DNA from: an uncultured Elusimicrobia bacterium
GTDB taxonomy: Bacteria; Elusimicrobiota; Elusimicrobia; 2-01-FULL-59-12
Reading direction: 5' to 3'
Length of the DNA stretch: 64,000 nt
NCBI GenBank assembly: GCA_964604825.1
Contig: CAZSAL010000009.1
Location: 2,479 to 66,478 of the forward strand
The position numbers were made by a program, and so were the translations under genes. Position 1 is the first letter of the stretch. The number at the start of each line of letters is the position of its first letter. Positions 1-8,708 of the stretch are shown here, piece after piece. The notes under the pieces were generated by a model. The model was not told the origin of the DNA and ran no database searches. It saw nothing but the letters and a program-made list of their open reading frames with translations.

Positions 1-1435
1 CGTCTACTTCCTGGAGGACGAAGTTGGCCGGATCCAAAGAGTCCTGCAATGCCCGCAGATCAGAACCAACCTCGGAAGAAGCTCCCCTGATCTGCCGAAC
101 AGCTGCTCGGATGGCGCTTAATTCATCCTCAGAGGGAGGTTCTCTCAGTATTTTCCTACTCTTGAGGTGTCCAGGTCGTTTGAAATGGATTTCGATTTCG
201 GCCCCGCCAACGTCGGGTTCCCCGACGAATACCGCCGCTTCAACAACGAATTCCATGGGACTTTCAAAACCCAGGCCCGGCGGCAATGTGTCGCCAAAGA
301 AAGCGGCACGAGCAAGGAGGAGAGCTTGCCGGATACCGGGGTTCGAATTTTCAAATCGCGCGAAATCTTTCCGGCCCTTGTCGTCTCGTCTGAAAGTCAC
401 GCTGATATTTTTCTTCGTCTCCAGGAGGTGAGCAATAGTCACTTCCCCTGCCAGATCTCCTCTAGTGGTTGCCAAATTGTATGCCGAAATTCTCACCGCC
501 AGAACGTCCTGGCTTCCGGGCACCGGTGCCGCCAGCGTAATAACGAAGTGATCTTGACCACTAGCATTCACATCGACCTTAGCATCGAATACAACGTCCT
601 TGAGATGGGCACAAACCGCTACAACGGGATCTTCGGTAGTTGACATTGGTTCGACGACAGTGGGCACAGACGGCGGGCTCGCAGGCGGTGGAGCAACGGC
701 ACTCCCCTCAGCACTTCTCTCCCCCGATTCACCGACGGCTGGTTCATCCAAGCGTTCTGCCCATTCATCCAACGTCGGGAACTGTGCAACTAAATCCGTA
801 AAAATCGGGTTTCCCTTCAGTGCCTCCCAAACACGTCGGAATTCCGCCTGCCCTGTCAGGTTGTTCGGAAAGACATATGGCTCCGTCCCTCCAAAGAAGA
901 ATGTGGCGAGATTGGGTTCGGTTGCTTGCCGAAACAAGGTTAGGCTAAAGCGCCCGACAGGAATACTTATCATGAATCCCCCAATATTCACACGGTGAAG
1001 GGGAATCACTATAACACCGGAACTAAAAACGGCTAATACATCGTCAATAGTCCTGCCACCTCCGCGGCCGGCGGCGGCTTGGAAATGGATCCCGTGGCGG
1101 GAAGGGCCTGGGCGCAACATACCGCCCGGGAATCGAAGCGCTCCCTCTCCGTCCCCCGCCGTTTGTACACCCTCTGCGGCACGACGGCTCCAACAGCTAT
1201 CGGGGATCCCAATATCTATCTTCCAGAGATTCCTGAACCATTGCGCTACAGGGGCCAGCGCTTCCCTATCGAAGACTGTCGTGGTTGCGATGACGAGGGG
1301 TGGTAACGCGTTGGGGAAATCGTTCCGTGGCGCGGACGCCGAGGCGTTTGCGGGAATCGAGAACGCCGGCTCGGCGATTATCGCCAAAGCGAGCATGGCC
1401 GCTAAAATGGACCTGCCGCGAGACACAAGTTTCAT
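1..1435 (-). CDS. Hypothetical secreted protein (partial, continues past window start)
   Basis: Manual translation of the minus strand from ATG at 1435-1433 (MKLVSRGRSILAAMLALAIIAEPAFS, signal-peptide-like) runs >470 codons to position 1 without a stop. No family recognised. The plus-strand ORFs in the track over this span look like spurious shadows. Confidence 0.45.
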   Translation of the reverse strand, partial: MKLVSRGRSILAAMLALAIIAEPAFSIPANASASAPRNDFPNALPPLVIATTTVFDREALAPVAQWFRNLWKIDIGIPDSCWSRRAAEGVQTAGDGEGALRFPGGMLRPGPSRHGIHFQAAAGRGGGRTIDDVLAVFSSGVIVIPLHRVNIGGFMISIPVGRFSLTLFRQATEPNLATFFFGGTEPYVFPNNLTGQAEFRRVWEALKGNPIFTDLVAQFPTLDEWAERLDEPAVGESGERSAEGSAVAPPPASPPSVPTVVEPMSTTEDPVVAVCAHLKDVVFDAKVDVNASGQDHFVITLAAPVPGSQDVLAVRISAYNLATTRGDLAGEVTIAHLLETKKNISVTFRRDDKGRKDFARFENSNPGIRQALLLARAAFFGDTLPPGLGFESPMEFVVEAAVFVGEPDVGGAEIEIHFKRPGHLKSRKILREPPSEDELSAIRAAVRQIRGASSEVGSDLRALQDSLDPANFVLQEVD

Positions 1436-1765
1436 GGACTTAGTCAATGAGAGTATTCTCCATTTTTTTGTCTGGGACACGTTCCTGGAACATGGCTATC
1501 GGCCGCTAAAACATTGGCGCAATGGCAATTCGCCTGTTGCGACGTTTTAACAGTTTACGGGAAACCACGGAATTCTTAAATATGTCCAAAGGCTAAAAAT
1601 GGAGGCCCTTTAGTCCTATGGGTAATTGGGCCTTGATCGCATAAAGCAAGAAAACTGAGAACTGAGAGACGGCGTGGACTATTTATACTTCACGGAACAG
1701 CCATAGGACTGCGTTGAAGGGATCTTTACCGGTTTGCCTGCGAGGGTTTCGTCAAGCGCGGCAGT

Positions 1766-3790
1766 TTATTTCTGAAAAGCAGATTGGAAAGCATCGAGTT
1801 CGGTTACGGTGTCGACAAGACGCAGGAACAGACTCTTGCCGCCCTGTTCGAGCAGAGCCTGATAGGAAGCCTCGGCAAAATAGTCCCGGACCAGATGCGG
1901 GCTGATGGAATGCAGGTATCCTTTGGCAAATCCGACGGCAGGCAGCCCGGCCAGAGGGCGGTCGGGTACGAAGGAAACGAGAAACGGCAGATAGCGCTTA
2001 GGCTGCGCAAGAACCTGCTGGTAGCTTATGTGCTGGTCGCCGGTTCCCTGCATCACCCATTCAACGCCGGCCGCGATCAGGGAATCCCGCAGCGATGAGA
2101 ATTTTTCTCCTTCCAGGTAAATGAAGGGAACAAGCTTCCGTTTGTTTTTATCCGCATATGCCTTCGCCTGCCTGACCACAAGCCTGAGCGTCTTATGATT
2201 CATCAGATTCGCGGGGAAATCGCTGAGGTTGGTTAGAAGCTCGCGGTGGGAAGCTTTTTCTTTGACGGCTTTTTCCGCCAGCCAGATGGAGCCCGGCTTT
2301 CCGGCCTCCTCTTTGTGGAGGCTCGATAAGCGCTCTTCCAGTAATTTTTTGCCAAGCTCAACAAAGGGCTGGCGCAGGAACAAATTTTCCTGGGCAATGC
2401 GCGCCGCCGGGTTGCCGAGATCGTTCAAGTCCGTTTTTCCCGCGGTTTGACCTGCTTTGGCCATGGCCCGCGCTATCAGGCGGGTTCCCACATGATTGGT
2501 AAACCCGTAGAAGAGGGTGAAAAGATCGGCATAGGCAAGCGCGGTCTCCTCGAGCGTACGGGCGCGGCGCTCCGTCAGAGAAGGCCGCACGGCATTAAAA
2601 TTTTTTGCATCAACGGCCGTATCCGTAAGGTTTATGACCAGCTTCTCCCGCCGGTTCCTGTAATAAAACGACTGGACCGGCCAGTCTTTTGCCCGGACCG
2701 CCACCAGATTGGCGAATCCCTCCTGCCAGATGCTCTCGTTAAAATTCTGCTCGCAGGATTTCCCGAACCAGAAAAGATGGTCCGGCACGAGCAGGGCGAT
2801 ATCCGTGCATCCCGAATCGAGCAGCTGATCGCCTATGCGGTTTGCCTCATGGCGGTTTTCGCGCACTTCGCGAATGCCGTCCCTGCGCCTTTGCCAGTAG
2901 AGTTCCGGGTCTATCCCGTATTGCGCCAGGAAAGTCATCATGTGCAGGTCCCCGGTCCACCTGCCGCCCACGTTGTCGAACATTTCTATCACCGCCGGCT
3001 GATGGACTTCCGTGTCCAGGCCGGAATTTTTCAGGAAAGCGGCAAGGCGGCTCTGGTCCGGGCGGTTTGTGGTTTCAAAAATAATCCGCTCCAGCAGCTT
3101 TTTGAAGATCGCCTTAACTTCGTCTGCCGGGCGATGGGTGCGTCCGGCTATGAGCTGAATCAGGCTGCCTCCCGGAACTATGAAAAGGTCTTTCCCGGGC
3201 CGTTCTGTTTCGCCTTCGAAATTGATTTCGTGAAGGATATCAAGGACCTGCCTGGCGAAGGTTTCGCCGTTTTCGCCCGACAGATGGGCCAGCATGGCGC
3301 TCAGGACCTGGACGAAGATAAGCATGGTCTCGTCCGTTGATCCGGATTTCGAGCTGGGAATGATTACTATTTCTTCCCAGGAAGCGCCAAGCTCTTCCAG
3401 CGTTTCAGCCAGTGATTTTTCGTAATCTTTTCCCAGCTCGTATTCGCCGGCGATTCTCACGCCCTGCGGATCAATCAGCGCGAATCCCCCGGCTATTCCC
3501 TGAAAGGGAGTATGCTGTCCTCCGATGCCGATTTTCATGATGTATTTCGGGCGGACGGATTCCAGTACCCGGCGGATTGCCAGGACATTGTCTCTAAAAA
3601 TCTTACGGCCTTCGGGCGTGTAGTAGCCCTGCGAGCCTTGGAAAGCGTGCGAGCCGTCTATCGCCGCCCCGGAAGGGACGCCGTAGCCCGGCTGTCGGAA
3701 GCCGCCTTTCAGATAATCGGCATTGCCGCCGTTTAAAGGGAGGCGGAGCAGTCCGGCTATATGCCGTCCCTGATCTTTTTCATTTGTCAT
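1766..3790 (-). CDS. Glucose-6-phosphate isomerase family protein (SIS domains) with C-terminal extension
   Basis: Motifs SKSGSTDETM (PGI SKSGxTxET) followed ~110 aa later by FDNVGGRWTG (PGI GGRYS-like), in the correct order. At 674 aa it is longer than a canonical bacterial PGI, and the extra C-terminal ~200 aa are unassigned. Confidence 0.55.
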   Translation of the reverse strand: MTNEKDQGRHIAGLLRLPLNGGNADYLKGGFRQPGYGVPSGAAIDGSHAFQGSQGYYTPEGRKIFRDNVLAIRRVLESVRPKYIMKIGIGGQHTPFQGIAGGFALIDPQGVRIAGEYELGKDYEKSLAETLEELGASWEEIVIIPSSKSGSTDETMLIFVQVLSAMLAHLSGENGETFARQVLDILHEINFEGETERPGKDLFIVPGGSLIQLIAGRTHRPADEVKAIFKKLLERIIFETTNRPDQSRLAAFLKNSGLDTEVHQPAVIEMFDNVGGRWTGDLHMMTFLAQYGIDPELYWQRRRDGIREVRENRHEANRIGDQLLDSGCTDIALLVPDHLFWFGKSCEQNFNESIWQEGFANLVAVRAKDWPVQSFYYRNRREKLVINLTDTAVDAKNFNAVRPSLTERRARTLEETALAYADLFTLFYGFTNHVGTRLIARAMAKAGQTAGKTDLNDLGNPAARIAQENLFLRQPFVELGKKLLEERLSSLHKEEAGKPGSIWLAEKAVKEKASHRELLTNLSDFPANLMNHKTLRLVVRQAKAYADKNKRKLVPFIYLEGEKFSSLRDSLIAAGVEWVMQGTGDQHISYQQVLAQPKRYLPFLVSFVPDRPLAGLPAVGFAKGYLHSISPHLVRDYFAEASYQALLEQGGKSLFLRLVDTVTELDAFQSAFQK

Positions 3791-3810
3791 GATTAGTCCT
3801 TAAATTGATT

Positions 3811-5100
3811 TTACCGAATTTGATCAAATGGCAGGTAGGGCTTTAATGCTTCGGGGGTAAGTACGGATCCATCAGCCTGCTGGTAATTCTCAAGCACTGC
3901 GGCGAAAGTCCGGCCGATCGCGACGCCCGACCCGTTCAGGGTATGGACAAACTCTTTTTTGCCGTCCGCGCGCCTGTATTTGATGTTCATCCGGCGCGCC
4001 TGAAAGTCGGTGAAAGTGGAGCAGGAGGAAATCTCCCGCCAGCGCCCATTCCCCTTGCCGTTTTCCGAAGGCTCGCCGGGATTCCAGACTTCAAGGTCAT
4101 AGGTTTTTGCCGAGGCAAACCCCAGATCGCCGGTGCAAAGCGCCATAACCCGGTAGGTAAGCCCCAGCTTTTGCAGTATTTTTTCCGCATCGGCAGTGAG
4201 CCGTTCGATCGTGGCAAGCGATTCCCCGGGCCGGACGAACTGGACCAGCTCGACTTTATTGAATTGATGGTTCCGGATCAGGCCTGCGGTGTCTTTGCCG
4301 TAGGACCCAGCCTCGCGGCGGAAGCATGCGGTATAGCAGACGTACTTTTTCGGCAGTTCTTTTTCATCCAGCACGTCGTCGCGATGCAGATTGGTCACAG
4401 GCACTTCGGCGGTGGGAATCAGGTAAAGAGAATCGCGTTCCACGTGGAAGAGCTCTTCTTCGAATCTGGGCAGCTGGCCTGTTCCCTGCATGGTTTGCGG
4501 CGTCACAAGGTAAGGCGTCATCACTTCCGTGTAGTCGTTTTCCTTTGTGTGAACGTCGAGCATGAATTGAATCAGGGCCCGCTCCAGGGCGGCGCCTTTG
4601 CCGCGCAGCACCGGGAAGCGCGCGCCGGAAAGTTTGGCTCCGGCTTTGAAATCCAGTATGCCCAGCGCCTCGCCCAGTTCGTAATGCGGCCTGGGCTTAA
4701 AAGTAAATTCAGGGATTTTCCCGGTTTGGCGGACCACCTTGTTATCTTCCGCGCCGGCGCCTACCGGCACGGAGGCATCAGGGACATTGTTGATTCGGAG
4801 CAGGAAATCCTGCAGCTTGGGTTCGACTTCGGCCAGCCTGGCCTCGAGCGCTTTGATCGTCGCTTTGCCGGACTCCATCTGTTTGAGTAAATCCGAGGCG
4901 TCGTCCTTTTTCGCTTTACGGCGGCCGATTTCGTCTGCCGCTTTATTGCGTTCCGCCTGGAGTTTCTCCAGTTCCATCAGGAGCCGTCGGCGTTCGGCAT
5001 CCATCTCAAAGAGCGGGGAAAGATCGAGTTTCGAATGCCGGTTGGCCAGCATCTGCCGCAGTTCTTCCGGGTGTTCCCGGATCCATTTGATATCCAGCAT
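3811..5100 (-). CDS. serS: Seryl-tRNA synthetase
   Basis: N-terminus MLDIKWIREHPEEL, long coiled-coil arm, class-II core with REISSCSTFTDFQARR. The track start at 5118 is a TTG; ATG at 5100 gives the canonical N-terminus. A TATAAT sits 7 nt upstream of that ATG, so the transcript may be leaderless. Confidence 0.9.
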   Translation of the reverse strand: MLDIKWIREHPEELRQMLANRHSKLDLSPLFEMDAERRRLLMELEKLQAERNKAADEIGRRKAKKDDASDLLKQMESGKATIKALEARLAEVEPKLQDFLLRINNVPDASVPVGAGAEDNKVVRQTGKIPEFTFKPRPHYELGEALGILDFKAGAKLSGARFPVLRGKGAALERALIQFMLDVHTKENDYTEVMTPYLVTPQTMQGTGQLPRFEEELFHVERDSLYLIPTAEVPVTNLHRDDVLDEKELPKKYVCYTACFRREAGSYGKDTAGLIRNHQFNKVELVQFVRPGESLATIERLTADAEKILQKLGLTYRVMALCTGDLGFASAKTYDLEVWNPGEPSENGKGNGRWREISSCSTFTDFQARRMNIKYRRADGKKEFVHTLNGSGVAIGRTFAAVLENYQQADGSVLTPEALKPYLPFDQIR

Positions 5101-5122
5101 AGACGGTATTATATACAAACTC

Positions 5123-5214
5123 CTTCCCCCCTTGAGGGGGAAGGTGGGGATGGGGGGGTATTGTACGACGAAGATGGACCCCCCACCTCAGTCCTCCCCC
5201 TCAAGGGGGGAGGG
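5123..5214. repeat. Hairpin/G-tract/C-tract/hairpin composite repeat, copy R1 (pdxH-serS spacer)
   Basis: CCTTCCCCC-cttga-GGGGGAAGG, then TGGGGATGGGGGGG, a ~20-nt spacer, CCCCCCACCTCAGT, then CCTCCCCC-tcaa-GGGGGGAGG. Confidence 0.5.
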
Positions 5215-5221
5215 AACTTAT

Positions 5222-5914
5222 TTACGGATAAAGCCGGGTGATGTCCCAGCGGTTTTGAATACGGGTATAAAGGAATCGGTCGTGAAGGCGGTTGGGGCGA
5301 AGCTGCCAGAACTCCATGCGCTCCGGCCTGACCCGGAAGCCGGTCCAGAATTCCGGCCGCGGCACGTTTTTTCCTTCAAAGCGCCGGCGAAACTCCTCAA
5401 CGCGCCCGTCAAGAATGGAACGGTCCGCCAGGGGGCTCGACTGCATGGAGGCCCAGGCGCCCAACTGGCTGAGGCGCGGCCGCGTGCGGAAATAAGCGTC
5501 CGCTTCGGCGTCAGTCACCTGGCTTGCGCTCCCCTGAATGCGTATCTGCCGCCAGAGTTTTTCCCAGTAAAACGTCAGGCATACCTGCGGCCGCGCTTTG
5601 AGCGCATTCCCTTTTATGGAATTGATGTTGGTGTAGAAAATGAAGCCTTCCTGGCTGAACCCCTTGAGCAGGACCATGCGCGCGTCAGGAAAGCCCTGAT
5701 CGTCGATCGTGGACAGGCACATGGTTTCCGGCTGCCGCATGCCGCCGGACTTTTTGGCTTTTTTATACCAGTCCGCAAACTGTTCAATGGGGTCATCTTT
5801 CATGTCTTCCCGCGCCAGCGGCTCCATAAAATAACCGGCGCAGATCAAGGCCCTGTAGCCGATCTTGTAGACAAGGCTGGTCCAATGCCCGGGTTTAGGA
5901 GGAGGAAGATCCAT
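5222..5914 (-). CDS. pdxH: Pyridoxamine 5'-phosphate oxidase
   Basis: FYTNINSIKG, WTGFRVRPERMEFWQ...RLHDRF.Y C-terminal signature typical of PdxH; ~215 aa. Confidence 0.85.
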   Translation of the reverse strand: MDLPPPKPGHWTSLVYKIGYRALICAGYFMEPLAREDMKDDPIEQFADWYKKAKKSGGMRQPETMCLSTIDDQGFPDARMVLLKGFSQEGFIFYTNINSIKGNALKARPQVCLTFYWEKLWRQIRIQGSASQVTDAEADAYFRTRPRLSQLGAWASMQSSPLADRSILDGRVEEFRRRFEGKNVPRPEFWTGFRVRPERMEFWQLRPNRLHDRFLYTRIQNRWDITRLYP

Positions 5915-6005
5915 GGAGTCTTATTATAGGGCAAAAGGAAAAGGGAAAAACGATGAAGCGCTTTATAACAAGGTGATTTCCTTGTTTTGCCCTTTGCCTT
6001 TTACC
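5914..6005. repeat. Purine-arm/pyrimidine-arm imperfect palindrome (signal-peptide cassette family), copy 1, intergenic pdxH/batE
   Basis: GGCAAAAGGAAAAGGGAAAAACGA...CCTTGTTTTGCCCTTTGCCTTTTACCC; the arms are reverse complements (GGCAAAAGG / CCTTTTGCC). Confidence 0.5.
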
Positions 6006-6018
6006 CGTTGCCCTGCAG

Positions 6019-6876
6019 TTAAATGGTTTCGACAGATGAGTCCGGAATCCAGCCCTTTAGCCCTTCGCTGGGAACGCCGATTTCCAGCCAGCCGCTGACT
6101 GGTTCCTGCTCGTCCAGAAGCAGAACCCGGCGTCCTTCCGGAATATTAAAGTTTGCGGGGGAAGACAAATTCGGACCGCTGCGCACTTCCGCCGCAGGTA
6201 CGATGATCACCGCTTCTTTCTGCTGCAAGGCTTCGATGCGCAGGCCGCACCAGGTCCCGGACAGGGCCAGCGCTGCGAACAGGGCAAAGGCCGCTTCTGC
6301 CGGGATTGTACGGCGTCCCAGAAAGAACAGGCCGCAGGTCGACACGAGTACTATCAGTAACGCGGAAACCAGAAGCGTTAGAAGATCCAGCGGAACTGCG
6401 TAATAGATTCGCCAGCAGAGAGAAGCCAGCGCGCCGCCGGGAAGAAGCGGATCCCCGGCTTTTGTCAGCGCCAGGTTCAGATTGAACACGACGTCAGAAT
6501 TCCCTGGATTCAAGCGGAAAGCCCTGTCGTATGCCGCAACCGCTTTACCCAGGCTCCCCGCTTTGTAGCAGGCATTACCAAGGTTGTATTGGACTACCCA
6601 GTTCTGCAGGCCTCCGGTAGCGGCTGATTCATACGCGCCCGCAGCCTGTAGATACTGCCCCTCGGCATAGGCTTTGTTCCCCTGATCAAAAGAATCCTGA
6701 GGAGAAGCAAAAGACAGGGAAAAGGGAAAAAGTAAAAGGTAAAAAAGAAGGAAGGATACCTTAATGATGTCATCCCCGAATTGTGTTATCGGGGATCCCT
6801 GAATCAAGGAATCCTTGTTAGATGGATTCCCGCTTACTACTTGCGGGAATGACGGAAAGCGGCTCACTCTTCCCAT
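6019..6876 (-). CDS. batE: BatE-like TPR + SH3-type domain protein (aerotolerance operon); N-terminal region interrupted in-frame by a repeat element
   Basis: TPR-like region (YAEGQYLQAAGAYESA..., NLGNACYKAGSLGKAVAAYDRAFRLNPGN), TM segment, C-terminal SH3b-like (EVRSGPNLSSPANFNIPEGRRVLLLDEQEPVSGWLEIGV). ATG at 6876 overlaps the batD stop in the motif ATGGGAAGAGTGA (translational coupling). Codons ~12-39 are encoded by the GTCAT repeat copy at 6768-6853. Confidence 0.65.
   Translation of the reverse strand: MGRVSRFPSFPQVVSGNPSNKDSLIQGSPITQFGDDIIKVSFLLFYLLLFPFSLSFASPQDSFDQGNKAYAEGQYLQAAGAYESAATGGLQNWVVQYNLGNACYKAGSLGKAVAAYDRAFRLNPGNSDVVFNLNLALTKAGDPLLPGGALASLCWRIYYAVPLDLLTLLVSALLIVLVSTCGLFFLGRRTIPAEAAFALFAALALSGTWCGLRIEALQQKEAVIIVPAAEVRSGPNLSSPANFNIPEGRRVLLLDEQEPVSGWLEIGVPSEGLKGWIPDSSVETI
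6768..6853. mobile_element. GTCAT/ATGAC structured repeat, copy A (MITE-like; in-frame inside batE 5' coding region)
   Basis: GTCATCCCCGA-attgtgtta-TCGGGGATCC...GGATTCCCGC-ttactactt-GCGGGAATGAC: terminal inverted repeats plus two internal stem-loops. Shares its architecture with copies B-E. Confidence 0.6.
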
Positions 6877-8705
6877 TTAATTTCCTTTTCCAGCGTGTCG
6901 ATCAATGTGCGAATGTCCTTTTGCGCCTTTGCAATATCTTCGGGACTTACCTGCGCAGGGGCAAACTGGAACAGGTCCAGGGTATTCCAGAGTTCTTCAA
7001 CTTTTTGTTTATCCGTATCGTGTAATTTTCTTTCGCTCATCAACTGAACCGAGTCTTTCAAAGCCAGTCCCGTATCGTTTAAACCCAGTTTGGCGGCGAG
7101 ATAACCGCGCAGAGCGTCGCCCATTTCGCGGGCCGCTTCTTTTACCTGCGACCGGGAAGCGAACGCTTCTGCGGCCTGCAGCCGCTTCAAGGCGCGGCCC
7201 CGCGCCGCGCGGAAACGCACCAGGCGCGGATTCGAAAAAAACAGCCTGCGGTAAAGCTGGAGAAGGCCTGCTCCCAGCATGAACAAAAAGGCAAGAGCAT
7301 TTAGAATATACAGCCAGGCGCTGCGATAAAGGGGAATTCTTTTCGGACGCAGTCCTGAGGAAGTTTTGATGTAGCGGATATCCTGGCCAAGCACGCGAAT
7401 GCCAGGAGCTTCCGGCGCGGAAAATCCCGGGCCCGGAGTCTGCGGACCGGCAGGCCCCGGTTTGACGGAGACGGAAAGAGGCTGGGAATGCAGCGTCCGG
7501 TAAGAGCCAGCTTCCGGATCGAAATATGAATATGAAACCGGCGGCACGGTGAGATCGCCGGAAGTCGTGGGGATCAGGACGATCTTGAACACTTTCGATC
7601 CCTGAACCAGGTAGTCTTTTTTATCGATATTGACCGCGGCGTTGGAAGCGAAAGTGCGGAAATTGTTGAAGGCCGGCCAGACAACGTCCGGCAAGGATTT
7701 TATATTACCCTTTCCCGCGATCGAAACGGACAGTTCCACGGGCTGGCCGACCGTAGTGGACCGCTTGTCCAGGCCGGCTGACAGCGCGTATTGGCCTACC
7801 GCTCCGCTGAAGCCCGCCGGCTTCGGTTCCGGCAGAGGCTTTACCTGAATCGTGATCGGATTGGTATTCAGCATTTTTTCCTGGCCGCCCCCGAAGAAGT
7901 TCGCAAACAAGTCTCCGCTGAAAGGATCGGACGCGAGATTCTGAATCTGCACGCGCAGCCCGGCGGGACCGATTTTCGCCCTGCCCGGAGTCGTGGGAAA
8001 CAAAGCCGTGCGGAGTTCGGTGACGTTAAACTGGGTTCCGCGGGCGCTTGCCGTATAGTTTTTCTGAGGAGGCAGATCTTCCGTCCAGAAACCGGAGGTA
8101 TCCGGCGGCTGGTACTGAGGGTTGCTCAGAAGCGGAACGCGGTTGTACACGCGGAAAGAAAGCGTGACGGGCTCGCCTACGTAGGCAGTGGATTTATCCA
8201 CCGTAGTGGTGACGAAAATGCCCGGAGCTCCGGAACCGCCGGGGGAAGCGCGCGCCGGAGCGGGCGCTGCGGACGCCTGGGCTTTCACGACTTCCAGGGA
8301 CATGGGCTGCGTTGCGGCGCTCTGGCCTCCGGCCTGGACCTGGATCGGAGGTATGGTAAAGCGGCCAACCTGTTTAGGCGAGAGCATGTAGTTGTAGGTC
8401 ACATTCGCGCTGGTCTGGCCGTTGACCCAGCTGAAGCTTTGCGATGTCCCGGCGTTATAGATCTGGAAATCCGGAAGCCCGGGGAGCTGCGGCGCAGGCA
8501 GATTGGAGGAATTTCCCGAAATGGTCACGCTTAAGCGCGCCTGCTCATTTAACGCCACCTGCTGCCGGTCGAGGCTGGCCGTGATTTGCACCTCCGCAAA
8601 ACAACAGGTTAAAGGTAAAAGTGAAAAGGGCAAAACGAGGTATAACCTTTTAAAAAGGCCTGCCAAACTTTTACCCTTTACCCTTTGCCCTTTTACCTGC
8701 CTCAT
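6864..8705 (-). CDS. batD: BatD-like protein
   Basis: 613 aa, N-terminal signal peptide (KGKSLAGLFKRLYLVLPFSLLPLTCCFA), long beta-rich ectodomain, C-terminal TM (AWLYILNALAFLFMLGAGLL) plus cytoplasmic tail. The architecture and operon position are typical of BatD. Confidence 0.7.
   Translation of the reverse strand: MRQVKGQRVKGKSLAGLFKRLYLVLPFSLLPLTCCFAEVQITASLDRQQVALNEQARLSVTISGNSSNLPAPQLPGLPDFQIYNAGTSQSFSWVNGQTSANVTYNYMLSPKQVGRFTIPPIQVQAGGQSAATQPMSLEVVKAQASAAPAPARASPGGSGAPGIFVTTTVDKSTAYVGEPVTLSFRVYNRVPLLSNPQYQPPDTSGFWTEDLPPQKNYTASARGTQFNVTELRTALFPTTPGRAKIGPAGLRVQIQNLASDPFSGDLFANFFGGGQEKMLNTNPITIQVKPLPEPKPAGFSGAVGQYALSAGLDKRSTTVGQPVELSVSIAGKGNIKSLPDVVWPAFNNFRTFASNAAVNIDKKDYLVQGSKVFKIVLIPTTSGDLTVPPVSYSYFDPEAGSYRTLHSQPLSVSVKPGPAGPQTPGPGFSAPEAPGIRVLGQDIRYIKTSSGLRPKRIPLYRSAWLYILNALAFLFMLGAGLLQLYRRLFFSNPRLVRFRAARGRALKRLQAAEAFASRSQVKEAAREMGDALRGYLAAKLGLNDTGLALKDSVQLMSERKLHDTDKQKVEELWNTLDLFQFAPAQVSPEDIAKAQKDIRTLIDTLEKEIKWEE
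8622..8705. repeat. Same palindrome family, copy 2, encoding the BatD signal peptide
   Basis: AAAGGTAAAAGTGAAAAGGGCAAAACGAGG-tataaCCTTTTAAAAAGGC-...CTTTTACCCTTTACCCTTTGCCCTTTTACC. Confidence 0.5.
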
Positions 8706-8708
8706 TGA

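Noticed and set aside
24-1550. Plus-strand ORFs 24..431, 167..643, 600..998, 1079..1306, 1281..1550
   Set aside because: Low-complexity, Arg/Ser/Pro-rich translations with no motifs. They overlap a long uninterrupted minus-strand reading frame that has a signal peptide and runs off the window edge. Treated as shadow ORFs of that gene.
3811-5118. SerRS insertion PSENGKGN before the REISSCS motif
   Set aside because: A small lineage-specific loop insertion in a class II synthetase is common and not informative from sequence alone.
2447-5929. Long plus-strand ORFs (2447..3340, 3943..4890, 4739..5929) opposite the PGI-family gene, serS and pdxH
   Set aside because: They lie antisense to confidently recognised genes. 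The high GC content produces long open antisense frames. They carry no recognisable motifs.
5913-6098. 61-aa plus-strand ORF (MESYYRAKGKGKNDEALYNKVISLFCPLPFT...)
   Set aside because: It is simply the palindromic signal-peptide cassette copy 1 read on the plus strand. It has no RBS and overlaps the pdxH start and batE end. Reported as a repeat, not a gene.
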